A DNA stretch of 32,000 nt, taken from assembly GCF_006937785.1 (NCBI RefSeq), contig NZ_SJEE01000026.1, positions 1 to 32,000 of the forward strand, given 5' to 3'. The notes beneath the pieces are model-generated. The model was not told the DNA's origin, did not search any database, and saw nothing but the letters and a program-made list of their open reading frames with translations. This DNA is from Pseudanabaena sp. UWO311. GTDB lineage: Bacteria > Cyanobacteriota > Cyanobacteriia > Pseudanabaenales > Pseudanabaenaceae. Shown in pieces: positions 16,153 to 25,010 of this stretch; position 1 is the stretch's first letter; every line of letters begins with the position of its first letter. The position numbers and the translations under genes were made by a program.

Positions 16153-16267
16153 TATTGAAATTCATTCGTGGCTACTATCTTTTCCATAACTTAACCACAC
16201 TTTAGCAACAGAAAAAACCTAGCAAAACTTTATTGGTGCAGATTTAAGCACAAAGCCCTCTCATACC

Positions 16268-16360
16268 AATTCACGAAAGTGTGGCTACACTTTCGTGAAT
16301 TAAAAACCAAACCCTGTAAGGGTTTTAAAAACACAAAATGGATACGCCATTTTGTGTTTT
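16268..16360. repeat. Cluster of three palindromic hairpins
   Basis: aattcacgaaagtgt/acactttcgtgaatt (16268-16301), aaaccct/agggttt (16309-16325), aaaacacaaaatgg/ccattttgtgtttt (16328-16360). The first hairpin recurs at 18141-18174. Confidence 0.8.
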
Positions 16361-16436
16361 GGGATCACATCTGCATAGCTATCTGACCGCGAGATATACA
16401 TCCTCAATAGCATCTCAAATCAGGAAGCAGCAAATT

Positions 16437-16895
16437 ATGTTTAACCTCACTTCAGTGCAGATCTCTCGCTTACCTCTATTTGGTATATGTGTAGCCATTG
16501 CGATCGCATCCATGCCCACAAAAGTATCAGCCCAATCAATAGATTGTCCCAACTATTGGGTAAATCCAAAAACAGGTCAGACGGAATGTTTTGTTATATA
16601 CAAGGGTTCTCTGATCAGAAATTCACAACAATTACTGAACGCATCTAATACAGTCTTGGTATATGGTAGAGAATCCTGTGGATGGACTCAACAAATGCTA
16701 GAGGAACTCAATCAATTGGGTATTCCCTATCAATATCGGGATGTCGATAATGATGCAATGTCAGACGAGATGTGGACTGCGTTGAGGTTCGCTGGACAGG
16801 ATACTTCTTCTTCAGTCAGCTTACCAGTTATTTCCGTCAATAAGCAGGTCATGATCCGTCCCGATGTAACGGAAGTAATTTCAGCAAGAAAATAA
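16437..16895 (+). CDS. Exported glutaredoxin-like (thioredoxin-fold) protein
   Basis: The start is moved to M34 of the track ORF. This gives a signal peptide (MFNLTSVQISRLPLFGICVAIAIASMPTKVSAQS) and avoids a start inside a hairpin. Grx-like core: VLVYGRESCGWTQQMLEELNQLGIPYQYRDVD. Confidence 0.6.
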   Translation: MFNLTSVQISRLPLFGICVAIAIASMPTKVSAQSIDCPNYWVNPKTGQTECFVIYKGSLIRNSQQLLNASNTVLVYGRESCGWTQQMLEELNQLGIPYQYRDVDNDAMSDEMWTALRFAGQDTSSSVSLPVISVNKQVMIRPDVTEVISARK

Positions 16896-16900
16896 AATCT

Positions 16901-16939
16901 AGAAATGGGAAGCGGCGCAATGCGCCGCTTCCCATTTCT
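16901..16939. terminator. Bidirectional hairpin terminator between convergent genes
   Basis: 19-bp arms agaaatgggaagcggcgca / tgcgccgcttcccatttct. Confidence 0.7.
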
Positions 16940-16978
16940 GGGTTTAAGCTGTAGTCATACCTTCGGGAATTAGTATAA

Positions 16979-17389
16979 CTAGGCAGCCAGATCGCAGTTA
17001 ATCATCCATGGAGTGCCAAAGCGATCGACAAGCATCCCAAAACGAGCAGCCCAGAAGGTTTCTTGGATTGGCATTTGCACTGTTCCATTTTCTGCCAAAG
17101 CATTAAAAACCCGCTCTGCTTCATCGGGATCGTTTAATACGAGCGATACAGAGAAACCCTGCGGTTTTTCAAAGTAATTAGGCGGAGCATCGGAGCCCAT
17201 CAGTACCGTATCACCCACGGTTAGGGAGGCATGCATGATTTTATCAAGCTTTTCAGGTGGCGTTTGCTCCGCCATAGGCGAATCTCCGAAGGTCATCATC
17301 GCATCGATTTTGCCATCTAGGCAATGTTCGTAGAACTTAAACGCAGCTTCGCATTCATCGTTGAAAGAGAGATATGGACTTAATTTCAT
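16979..17389 (-). CDS. VOC (glyoxalase/bleomycin-resistance fold) family protein, PhnB/YjdN-like
   Basis: MKLSPYLSFNDECEAAFKFYEHCL...FWAARFGMLVDRFGTPWMIN is a typical PhnB-like VOC signature. Confidence 0.75.
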   Translation of the reverse strand: MKLSPYLSFNDECEAAFKFYEHCLDGKIDAMMTFGDSPMAEQTPPEKLDKIMHASLTVGDTVLMGSDAPPNYFEKPQGFSVSLVLNDPDEAERVFNALAENGTVQMPIQETFWAARFGMLVDRFGTPWMINCDLAA

Positions 17390-17585
17390 GATGGACTCCT
17401 TTGTTTTATTTGTTGATTTTTCAGTGGAGTTGAGATCCCAAGCAAGATTTCGGTTTAGCTAACCAAGTTTTAATCATCGCTCAACAATCTAGTCGAACTG
17501 GAGTTTGTGCGATCGACAGCTAGAATAAACTGTTTCTATGAATTTGTATGTATCGATCGCACATGGATTTCTCAAAATACACACT

Positions 17586-18017
17586 TTAGGAATTCTTGAT
17601 CTTCTCAGCCTCAGCACGGATGCATTCTTCCTGTTCCCGAAGTTCAGGTGTAAATTCATCGCCAAAATCTGCCGCCTCAAAAAGCGGACGAACCTCAATC
17701 TCTGATTCTGATGGCATGGGATTGGGACACCGTTTGACCCATGCGATCGCCTCTTCCATTGACTGTACTTGCCAGAGCCAGTAGCCAGCCACTAGCTCCT
17801 TTGTCTCTGTAAATGGCCCATCGATGACGCTACGATTTGCTCCTGAAAATCTTATCCTCACTCCCTTTGAGCTAGGATGCAGACCCTCACCAGCCAGCAT
17901 AATCCCTGCTTTGACCAATTCTTCGTTGAATTTACCCATGTCAGTAAGCAGTTGTTCGCTGGGCATCACGCCAGCTTCTGAGTCTTTGGTCGCTTTGACC
18001 ATAACCATGACTTTCAT
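17586..18017 (-). CDS. YciI-like / DGPF-domain protein (long form)
   Basis: IDGPFTETKELVAGYWLWQVQSMEEAIAWVKRCP contains the DGPF motif. Confidence 0.8.
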   Translation of the reverse strand: MKVMVMVKATKDSEAGVMPSEQLLTDMGKFNEELVKAGIMLAGEGLHPSSKGVRIRFSGANRSVIDGPFTETKELVAGYWLWQVQSMEEAIAWVKRCPNPMPSESEIEVRPLFEAADFGDEFTPELREQEECIRAEAEKIKNS

Positions 18018-18077
18018 CTTTCAATCTCCTGTTTACTATTGCTATGTAGAGTTAAGAGAGTCTCAACCTTTGCTTTA

Positions 18078-18174
18078 TTCCAAATCAAGAAATGGCATAG
18101 CCATTTCTTGATTTGGAAAACCTTACTGGGTTTAGTTTTTAATTCACAAAAGTGTTGTCACACTTTCGTGAATT
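18078..18174. repeat. Two palindromic hairpins between DGPF genes
   Basis: ttccaaatcaagaaatggc/gccatttcttgatttggaa (18078-18118) and aattcacaaaagtgt/acactttcgtgaatt (18141-18174). The second is a copy of 16268-16301. Confidence 0.8.
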
Positions 18175-18287
18175 GGTATTACTATCTAGTCGAACAGACT
18201 GGCAGGAGATCGACAAGTTGAGCAAATTTTTCTAGAAAAGTTTTTTATAAGCTGATGGGCAATGTTGAGTGCGTATACCTCTAACAA

Positions 18288-18644
18288 CTATTCTGATGGC
18301 AGACCTGACAGCTCTACAATCGGGCGAATTTCAACAGTGCCTTTATATGCTGTGGGAATGCGTTCGGCGATCGCGATCGCTTCGTCGAGATTGGTCGCAT
18401 CGATCAAAAAGTAGCCGCCAAGTTGTTCCCGCGTTTCGGCAAAGGGACCATCGGTCACTAGTCGTTTTCCGTCACGAATCCTCACACTAGTTGCTTTGAC
18501 AACAGATTGCAGAGGTGAAGCGCCCAAGTATTGACCGTTCGCATTCAGATCTTGGGTGAGATGCACTGACTCCGTGTAGCATTGCTCTCTCTCATTTTCT
18601 GTCCATGCGTTTTCGTCACTGTAAATGAGCAACATATATTTCAT
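18288..18644 (-). CDS. YciI-like / DGPF-domain protein
   Basis: MKYMLLIY...VTDGPFAETREQLGGYFLIDATNLDEAIAIAERIP. Confidence 0.8.
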   Translation of the reverse strand: MKYMLLIYSDENAWTENEREQCYTESVHLTQDLNANGQYLGASPLQSVVKATSVRIRDGKRLVTDGPFAETREQLGGYFLIDATNLDEAIAIAERIPTAYKGTVEIRPIVELSGLPSE

Positions 18645-18746
18645 GATTGATCCTCTAGAGCTATGATTATTGCACGGTAATCATAGCTCAATCTATAGCA
18701 TGAGCTACATATATTTCAGGATTGATCGCGAAATATTTGTTGCGAG

Positions 18747-19226
18747 CTAATGATTACGCCGATAATGCGCTGTCATGAACTGCTGCCAGTTGCCATCATC
18801 ACCAAGAATCTGCGATCGCATGATCCGATGGTCATCACTAACAAACTCAATGATGTCCTGATACTTCGCGATCGCACTCTGGCTAAAGTTTAGTCCTTCT
18901 GTATCAAGTGTGAGAATCTTTTCCGACTCATCAAGAGCGCCATTGTAAATCCAGAGATGCGTCATCATTGAGCCGATAAAGTTTCCCACATACCGATTGA
19001 TTCTTGGGTCATAGCCCAACGTCATAATGGTCGTACCACGATTACCATCGGGCATTTCACTCTCACCTTCTGCCACGACCCAAAGTCCGCCAAGCGATCG
19101 GACGATTTCAGTTCCTTGATTCTTCGATGGTGGTTGGTCAGGTCCCATCATACATTCGACTTCCGAAATCCATTCGCCAACGAATTTATCGAGCCATTGA
19201 TGTTCTTTTTGAGGTTCAGCGTCCAT
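18747..19226 (-). CDS. DUF1579-like protein
   Basis: HQWLDKFVGEWISE...LGGLWVVAEGE...TLGYDP...YVGNFIGSMMTHLWIYNG fits the DUF1579 pattern as I remember it. Confidence 0.55.
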   Translation of the reverse strand: MDAEPQKEHQWLDKFVGEWISEVECMMGPDQPPSKNQGTEIVRSLGGLWVVAEGESEMPDGNRGTTIMTLGYDPRINRYVGNFIGSMMTHLWIYNGALDESEKILTLDTEGLNFSQSAIAKYQDIIEFVSDDHRIMRSQILGDDGNWQQFMTAHYRRNH

Positions 19227-19282
19227 ATTTTGCTCCTAAATAGTTAATCAAGATTAGTTAATCAAGTTTTTCAAGCCTTCAC

Positions 19283-19663
19283 TTACAGCTTTCTTGCGGC
19301 AACCATTGCGTTAATCTGCTCATCAGCGCCTCGAATCTCAAAGGCTCCGTTGCGAACTCCAGGGTGTTGGGACATTAACTGGATTGCATGGTTCAGATCT
19401 CTAGCTTCAAGAAAGAGGATACCGCCCAGATGTTCCTTCGTTTCGGCATAGGGACCATCGGTAATCGTAACCTTACCGTTCTGATACCTTAGCGTTGCGG
19501 CATTGCGGATACTTTGGAGAGCTTCGCCACCAACAAAGTGTCCGCCTCGACGTAGCTCGTCGTCATAGGCAAAACATTCCTCCATCAGCGCTGTGCGATC
19601 GCTTTCGGTCATCCAATCCCATTGCGCCTCATCCATATATCCAAGGCATATAAATTTCATCAT
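19283..19663 (-). CDS. YciI-like / DGPF-domain protein
   Basis: [35 protein letters not shown]. Confidence 0.8.
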   Translation of the reverse strand: MMKFICLGYMDEAQWDWMTESDRTALMEECFAYDDELRRGGHFVGGEALQSIRNAATLRYQNGKVTITDGPYAETKEHLGGILFLEARDLNHAIQLMSQHPGVRNGAFEIRGADEQINAMVAARKL

Positions 19664-19797
19664 TACCTCCAGAGTGTTATCTCAAATTAGTTGCCTTCAT
19701 CTAGTAGTCGTTCAGTAAAGCTGTAAATCGACAACACGGCAAAATATTTTTACAAAATATCTAGAGGCTTTGCTCCGCAACGCCTCTAGATATTTTG

Positions 19798-21048
19798 TTA
19801 GCTTAGTTCTTGGAGACGTTTTTCGAGAAACCGCCGCTCTGGTTCTTGCTTCACGAGTGCAAGGGCACGTTGGTAGGATTCTCTTGCCTGTGAATTTCTG
19901 CCCAAGCGCCGACAGAGATCGGCTTTTGCGGCATGGGCTAGGTGGTAATCAGCTAAATCACCATTTGATAAGATGCTATCGATCCGTTGCAATCCCGCTA
20001 GAAAGCCATCCCGCATCGCTACTGCCACGGCTCTATTTAGATCGACCACTGGTGATGGCTCTGCTCGCATGAGTAAGTCATACAAGGCGACAATCTGTGC
20101 CCAGTCCGTTGCCTCAGCACTTGTTGCTTCAGAATGTACTGCCGCGATCGCAGCCTGAATTGTGTATGAGCCGAACTGTGAAGATGATAGCGCTTGCCGC
20201 ACAAGTGCCCTGCCTTCCGCAATATATGCTTGGTTCCAGAGCGATCGATCCTGATCTTCTAGAAGGATTAGATCGCCTGTGAGAGATGTACGAGCAGTAC
20301 GTCGCGATTCTTGCATGAGCATCAGTGCTAACAATCCGATCGCTTCGGCATCTGGTAATAGTTCTACTACTAGTCGCCCCAAGCGAATTGCTTCTTCAGA
20401 GAGGTCGGTTCTTGTTAGAGATTCACCTGATGAAGCCGCATATCCTTCATTAAATACTAAATAAATCGTTTGCAGCATCGTATCTATGCGATCTGGCAAC
20501 TCTGCGATCTCTGGCACTTGATAGGGAATTCTTGCATCACGGATCTTTGCTTTAGCTCGGACAATTCGCTGAGCCAATGTAGGGGGCGTGATCAGAAAAG
20601 CGCTAGCAATTTCTTCAGTGGTTAGTCCGCAGACTTCTCTTAGTGTCAAGGCTACTTGTGCTTCTCGTGATAGAGATGGATGGCAGCAGGTGAAGATCAG
20701 GCGCAGGCGATCGTCTTCAACATCCTCATCCGCATCTTCTTTGCCAGAGGTATCACATGTGTCGAAATTTTGAGCGAGTTCTGCTAAGGATGCATCAAAA
20801 CGTGTGCGGCGACGAATGGTATCAATCGCTTTGAATCTCCCCACCGAGACAAGCCACGCTTTAGGATTGGCGGGTATGCCATCGCGGAGCCATTGCTTTA
20901 TAGCCACGGTAAAGGCTTCATGCATTGCCTCTTCTGCAAGGTCAAAATCTCCGATCAAGCGAATCAGGGTGGCGAAAATACTACGCGATTCTTTACGGTA
21001 GATATCATTAACGCGATCGCGGATCTGGCTGGCAATGTTCTCATTCAT
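19798..21048 (-). CDS. ECF sigma factor with a long C-terminal TPR-like extension (ECF42-type)
   Basis: Sigma-70 region 2 (FDLAEEAMHEAFTVAIKQW...NPKAWLVSVGRFKAIDTIRRR) and region 4 (LTLREVCGLTTEEIASAFLITPPTLAQRIVRAKAKI), plus a helical extension of about 200 aa. DGPF genes are adjacent. Confidence 0.8.
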   Translation of the reverse strand: MNENIASQIRDRVNDIYRKESRSIFATLIRLIGDFDLAEEAMHEAFTVAIKQWLRDGIPANPKAWLVSVGRFKAIDTIRRRTRFDASLAELAQNFDTCDTSGKEDADEDVEDDRLRLIFTCCHPSLSREAQVALTLREVCGLTTEEIASAFLITPPTLAQRIVRAKAKIRDARIPYQVPEIAELPDRIDTMLQTIYLVFNEGYAASSGESLTRTDLSEEAIRLGRLVVELLPDAEAIGLLALMLMQESRRTARTSLTGDLILLEDQDRSLWNQAYIAEGRALVRQALSSSQFGSYTIQAAIAAVHSEATSAEATDWAQIVALYDLLMRAEPSPVVDLNRAVAVAMRDGFLAGLQRIDSILSNGDLADYHLAHAAKADLCRRLGRNSQARESYQRALALVKQEPERRFLEKRLQELS

Positions 21049-21547
21049 GGAGCGTGATTGTAATTGCTGCTGATGCTAAAAGTGCTGATATAGTCCGAAT
21101 ATGGTTCCACATTGTCCAATTGGTAAGATAGTTAGCCCATAGACTCGCACCGTTAGCACTATCTGGATCGGCGATCGCTAGCGCATCATTTAGAGGCACA
21201 TTGCAGAGGATTGTCACACCCAATGTACCAACAAGATAGAACAGACTCCCGATGAGCAGGTAAACTGCATGGGGTTGATACCAATTTAACAGCGAAGATC
21301 CAGCCAGAAAGACACAAGCCGCAGCCGTTCCTAAAAATATACCTATAAATAACGGATTGATCGCCTTAATATTTATCGATTGCATAGCGGTAATGCCTTG
21401 CTTTGGTTGGAGTCGGGCAAGAGCATTCATTACAAAAGTTGAGAAAGCGAAGAAGACTCCAGCCATCAGCCCACAGCCCAATGCGGAGAAAAGCTTCAAG
21501 GCGAAATCATGTTGTTGAATGAATTGCAGCATTGTCCTACGTTCCAA
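21041..21547 (-). CDS. DUF1772 (anthrone-oxygenase-like) membrane protein
   Basis: 168-aa ORF with four hydrophobic segments. It overlaps the sigma factor start by 8 nt. Confidence 0.6.
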   Translation of the reverse strand: MERRTMLQFIQQHDFALKLFSALGCGLMAGVFFAFSTFVMNALARLQPKQGITAMQSINIKAINPLFIGIFLGTAAACVFLAGSSLLNWYQPHAVYLLIGSLFYLVGTLGVTILCNVPLNDALAIADPDSANGASLWANYLTNWTMWNHIRTISALLASAAITITLHE

Positions 21548-21564
21548 TCAGTTAAGAGATTTTA

Positions 21565-21774
21565 TCCCAATCCTGAAAATGGCGTTGCCATTTTCAGGAT
21601 TGGGACAACTATAGCCAATCAAGTCAGAATGTAAACCCAAAAGTAGAGTTGCGGCGCAACTCTACTTTTGGGTTTTTATCAAACTATAGCCATATAAGTA
21701 GACACGCTTAATTAGTTGCACACCCAAACCCGTAAGGTTGCGTCCCTGCGGGGCGCAACCTTACGGGTTTGGGT
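21565..21774. repeat. Three long palindromic hairpins inside a divergent promoter region
   Basis: 19-bp stem at 21565-21605 (core aaaatggc-gtt-gccatttt), 20-bp stem at 21633-21675 and 21-bp stem at 21722-21774. All lie upstream of both flanking genes. Confidence 0.8.
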
Positions 21775-21866
21775 AATTGCACTTGAAAAGCTCTACTCCT
21801 CTCAACTTGGCTTTGCACTGTTTATACTAGGTGTTGAATGCAAATACTCTCTAATTTCAGAGCCAT

Positions 21867-24185
21867 ATGGATACGATTCGACAGCCTCGACCCAAGATCG
21901 GTGCATTTGATAAATTGCAAAAAGCTTCAGAATTTACGATCGCGGGGGTTGAAGATTCGATTCCATTGCGGGTACTGGTGCAAATATTTGTGTTTATCAG
22001 TATTGGGGCAATGGACTCGGTGGCGAGTTCGGGAAATAGTGCTTGGGCAATCCCTCTAAGCGCGATCGCAGGAGTCTGGGCATGGTATGCAAGACGCAAA
22101 CGCAATGTAGTCGTGAAATTATTCATTGCGATCGCCATGATTGCTATGTTAGTCGTATTTCTCGGAGATCTGGTGCGGAATACCGATGAAACGCGGCTAT
22201 TACTGGCGAGATTGTTAATCCAGTTGCAGGTTTTGCATAGTTTTGACTTACCACGCCGCAAAGACTTGGGCTATTCGATTGTGATCGGATTGATCTTGAT
22301 GGCTTTGGCGGCAACTTTAAGCCAAACAATGGTGTTTGCACTGTGGCTCATCGCCTTTTTATTAGTTGGTATTCCAATTTTATTGCTCGATCACCGCTCT
22401 CGTTTGGGTGTGCAAACTAACGGGTTTCAACCAGAAAAAATGGGGATTTCCCTTTTACCTTTATCGGGGCTACTAGCGATCGTATTGGTATTAGGTCTGA
22501 CGATTTTTGCTTTTCTGCCCCGCTTACCAGGTTTTCAGCTACGCAACTTTCCTGTCAGCGTCAATCTCTCCGTGAAGCGAGAGATGTCCAAAGGAGATAT
22601 TTTAACGAGACAGCAGCAGCAACAGCAGCAACAGGCTAGCCCAAATGGCACTAGCCCAAATGGCACTGGAGGAAATAGTGGTAATAACGAGCAAGAAACT
22701 TTGCCGCCATTGTTTGCCCCTGAGATTGACACGGTTTCTGGGACTAAAAAGGATAATCAACGCAAACCTGAATTGGTGATGCGGGTGCGATCGCAAGCAG
22801 AGTTATTTTGGCGAGTGATGGCTTATGACGAATTTACGGGAAAAGGCTGGCGTATTTCGCGCAATGATCCTAGCCAGATCCGCACAGTTAGACGCAATCC
22901 CCTCAATTATGAGTTTTTTGTTGCCATGCCACCCTATGCATCGACTGGCTCCACAAAAAAATTAATACAGCCGATCGAGAGTCGAGAAGTAGTCCAAACC
23001 TATACGATTACATCACCCAATTTCCCTAACCTTGTACCTGCTGCATCTACACCGAAACAGATCTTCTTCCCTAGTGAAGAGTTAGACATAGATCCCGAAG
23101 GGATGATTCGTGGCCCTGGCCCTTTGCCAGAAGATCTTACCTATACTGTGATTTCCAGCGTGGTTGCCCGCAATTCTAAGCAATTGCGGCTATTGCCTAA
23201 TGAATATCCGAAATCAGTTCGGGACTATTATTTGCAAGTTCCGCCTAATTTATCGTCTGAAGTTCGCAGTTCGGCTCTCGAAATGATTGCCAGTGCCAAA
23301 GATCCTAATGGCAAGTTGATCGCTTTAGATAATGCCTATGATGTCGTGGTTCAAATCGCCCAAAGCATCAAGCAAAACTACGCGATTAAACCGCTAAAGT
23401 TTGATGAGTCTAAGGGTGATCTCGTATCACAGTTTATTGAGCAAGGTGGGGGTGAGGAGAGTCATTTTGTCTCAACAATGGCGGTAATGCTGAGATCGCT
23501 GGGCATTCCTACTCGTTATGTAGTTGGTTTTGCCCCAGGAAAATTTAACCCATTTACAGGGCTGTACGAGGTTCAGAACATTGATACACAGTCAATGGTG
23601 GAAGTTTTCTTCCCAGCCTATGGTTGGGTTGCCTTTGATCCTGTGCCAAATCGTCCTCTGTTTCCCCCGTCGATTGAGGAAAATCGGACATTTGGGGTCA
23701 TGCAGACCTTTTGGAATTGGATCGCTCAATTTTTGCCAAGTCCAGTCAATAACTTTTTTGCATCGCTATTTGACAGTATTGGTAAGTTTGTAGGCGGTTT
23801 GGTGAATTGGCTGATTGAAATGGGATGGATTGGTATTGCTTTTGGCTTAGCGATCGCCTTTGGTATTTGCCTTGGTGGTTGGGCATTGTGGCAATTTGCA
23901 ATCTGGTGGTGGCAATTGCAACGTTTACAAAAAATGCCGATACCGCAGCGTACCTATCAGCAAATGTTGCAATGGCTATCTGAGCAAGGTAAGCCTAAAT
24001 CTTCTTACCAAACCCCTCAAGAATATGTCGCGAGTCTTAGCGATCGCGTCTCTGAGAAACAAGCCTCTGCGATCGCCCAAATTACGCAGATCTACCAAGA
24101 CTGGCGCTATGGCGATCGGGCGATCGGCTATAACCTTGCCACAGAGTTAAAAATGCTGCTCAAGCAATTAAAGACCAGAAGATAG
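21867..24185 (+). CDS. TgpA-like transglutaminase-fold membrane protein (DUF3488/TGase core/DUF4129-like architecture); catalytic Cys and His appear to be substituted
   Basis: N-terminal TM bundle, poly-Q/SPNGT linker (22611-22688), TGase-core-like GEESHFVSTMAVMLRSLGIPTRYVVGF...DTQSMVEVFFPAYGWVAFDP, and a C-terminal TM segment plus helical tail. Confidence 0.7.
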   Translation: MDTIRQPRPKIGAFDKLQKASEFTIAGVEDSIPLRVLVQIFVFISIGAMDSVASSGNSAWAIPLSAIAGVWAWYARRKRNVVVKLFIAIAMIAMLVVFLGDLVRNTDETRLLLARLLIQLQVLHSFDLPRRKDLGYSIVIGLILMALAATLSQTMVFALWLIAFLLVGIPILLLDHRSRLGVQTNGFQPEKMGISLLPLSGLLAIVLVLGLTIFAFLPRLPGFQLRNFPVSVNLSVKREMSKGDILTRQQQQQQQQASPNGTSPNGTGGNSGNNEQETLPPLFAPEIDTVSGTKKDNQRKPELVMRVRSQAELFWRVMAYDEFTGKGWRISRNDPSQIRTVRRNPLNYEFFVAMPPYASTGSTKKLIQPIESREVVQTYTITSPNFPNLVPAASTPKQIFFPSEELDIDPEGMIRGPGPLPEDLTYTVISSVVARNSKQLRLLPNEYPKSVRDYYLQVPPNLSSEVRSSALEMIASAKDPNGKLIALDNAYDVVVQIAQSIKQNYAIKPLKFDESKGDLVSQFIEQGGGEESHFVSTMAVMLRSLGIPTRYVVGFAPGKFNPFTGLYEVQNIDTQSMVEVFFPAYGWVAFDPVPNRPLFPPSIEENRTFGVMQTFWNWIAQFLPSPVNNFFASLFDSIGKFVGGLVNWLIEMGWIGIAFGLAIAFGICLGGWALWQFAIWWWQLQRLQKMPIPQRTYQQMLQWLSEQGKPKSSYQTPQEYVASLSDRVSEKQASAIAQITQIYQDWRYGDRAIGYNLATELKMLLKQLKTRR

Positions 24186-24219
24186 AGTTGTGGCGCAAAG
24201 CGCCGCAACCCTATCTTTT
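24181..24219 (+). terminator. Hairpin terminator after the TGase-like gene
   Basis: gatagagttgtggcg / cgccgcaaccctatc (one mismatch, one G-U pair) followed by tttt. Confidence 0.6.
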
Positions 24220-24314
24220 GATTATGAAGATTTGTGATTTTATTACAAATTCTTGGCGGATTCACCGCTTTTGGTAGACTAGATGGCGAATATATTAAAT
24301 TTTTTATTTTAATT

Positions 24315-24800
24315 ATGAGTGTAGTTAGTCAAGTTTTAGAAAGAGCAGACGAAGAACTCCGCTATCCCAGCATTTCTGAGCTGCAAAGTGTGCAAAACTT
24401 CCTTGCCACTGGTGCTCAAAGGGTGAGAATTGCCACAACCTTGGCAGAAAGCGAAGATAAAATCGTCAAAAAAGCCACTGAAGAACTATTTAGAATTCAT
24501 CCTGATTACATCTCCCCAGGTGGTAATGCCTATGGTCAAAAGCAACGCAGCCAATGTCTAAGAGATTTTACATGGTACATCCGTCTGACGACTTACGGTG
24601 TATTGGCAGGCGACAAAGACCCTATCGAAAAAATCGGTATCATTGGTGTCCGTGAAATGTACAGCTCTCTCGGTGTGCCTTTAGTCGGTATGGCTGATGC
24701 AGTTCGCTGCCTCAAGAATGCATCTTTAGCATTACTCAGCAAAGATGATGCTGCGACCACTGAGCCTTACTTTGATTACATCATTCAAGCCATGTCTTAG
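24315..24800 (+). CDS. apcD: Allophycocyanin alpha-B subunit (ApcD)
   Basis: [19 protein letters not shown]...[17 protein letters not shown]...[11 protein letters not shown] closely matches ApcD. The start is moved to the ATG at 24315 rather than the track's GTG at 24234. Confidence 0.85.
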   Translation: MSVVSQVLERADEELRYPSISELQSVQNFLATGAQRVRIATTLAESEDKIVKKATEELFRIHPDYISPGGNAYGQKQRSQCLRDFTWYIRLTTYGVLAGDKDPIEKIGIIGVREMYSSLGVPLVGMADAVRCLKNASLALLSKDDAATTEPYFDYIIQAMS

Positions 24801-24840
24801 AAAATGAAGGGAGGGCGCTATGCGAGCCTTCTCTCAGAGC

Positions 24841-24881
24841 AAAACTATAAAAGCCCCGCAAGACGGGGCTTTTATAGTTTT
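24841..24881 (+). terminator. Intrinsic terminator after apcD
   Basis: 18-bp perfect stem aaaactataaaagccccg / cggggcttttatagtttt. Confidence 0.8.
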
Positions 24882-25010
24882 GAGCCAATGCCTTTCTGGT
24901 TTACCTTTCAAAAATGCCATGAAAAGCTAGTCATCCAGATAGCTATTAATCTTCGTAAATTTAAGTACAGCAATAAAAAAGTACAAAGTTATTAGACTGT
25001 CATACCAACC

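Noticed and set aside
16338-16436. The track's upstream start for the glutaredoxin-like ORF
   Set aside because: The ATG at 16338 lies inside the loop-proximal stem of the 16328-16360 hairpin. The internal ATG at 16437 yields a canonical signal peptide.
17489-18221. Small ORFs overlapping or antisense to the YciI-like gene (17489-17698, 17596-17784, 17824-18111, 18039-18221)
   Set aside because: They overlap a CDS with clear DGPF-family motifs or consist of hairpin repeat sequence, and they carry no motifs of their own.
19770-21001. Multiple plus-strand and minus-strand ORFs of 61-100 aa within the sigma-factor gene
   Set aside because: They are out-of-frame or antisense to a 416-aa ORF with clear sigma-70 regions 2 and 4. 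They are Arg/Ser-rich, as expected for antisense reading.
21716-22261. ORFs 21716-21910 (+), 21838-22059 (+) and 21857-22261 (-)
   Set aside because: The first is built from the 21722-21774 palindrome. The others overlap, out of frame or antisense, the well-supported TGase-like CDS.
24234-24314. The track's upstream GTG start for apcD
   Set aside because: ApcD proteins begin MSVVSQV..., and the ATG at 24315 gives exactly that N-terminus. The extra 27 residues have no homology.
24804-24995. 63-aa ORF after apcD
   Set aside because: It spans the apcD terminator hairpin (24841-24881), has no recognisable motifs, and sits in AT-rich spacer DNA.
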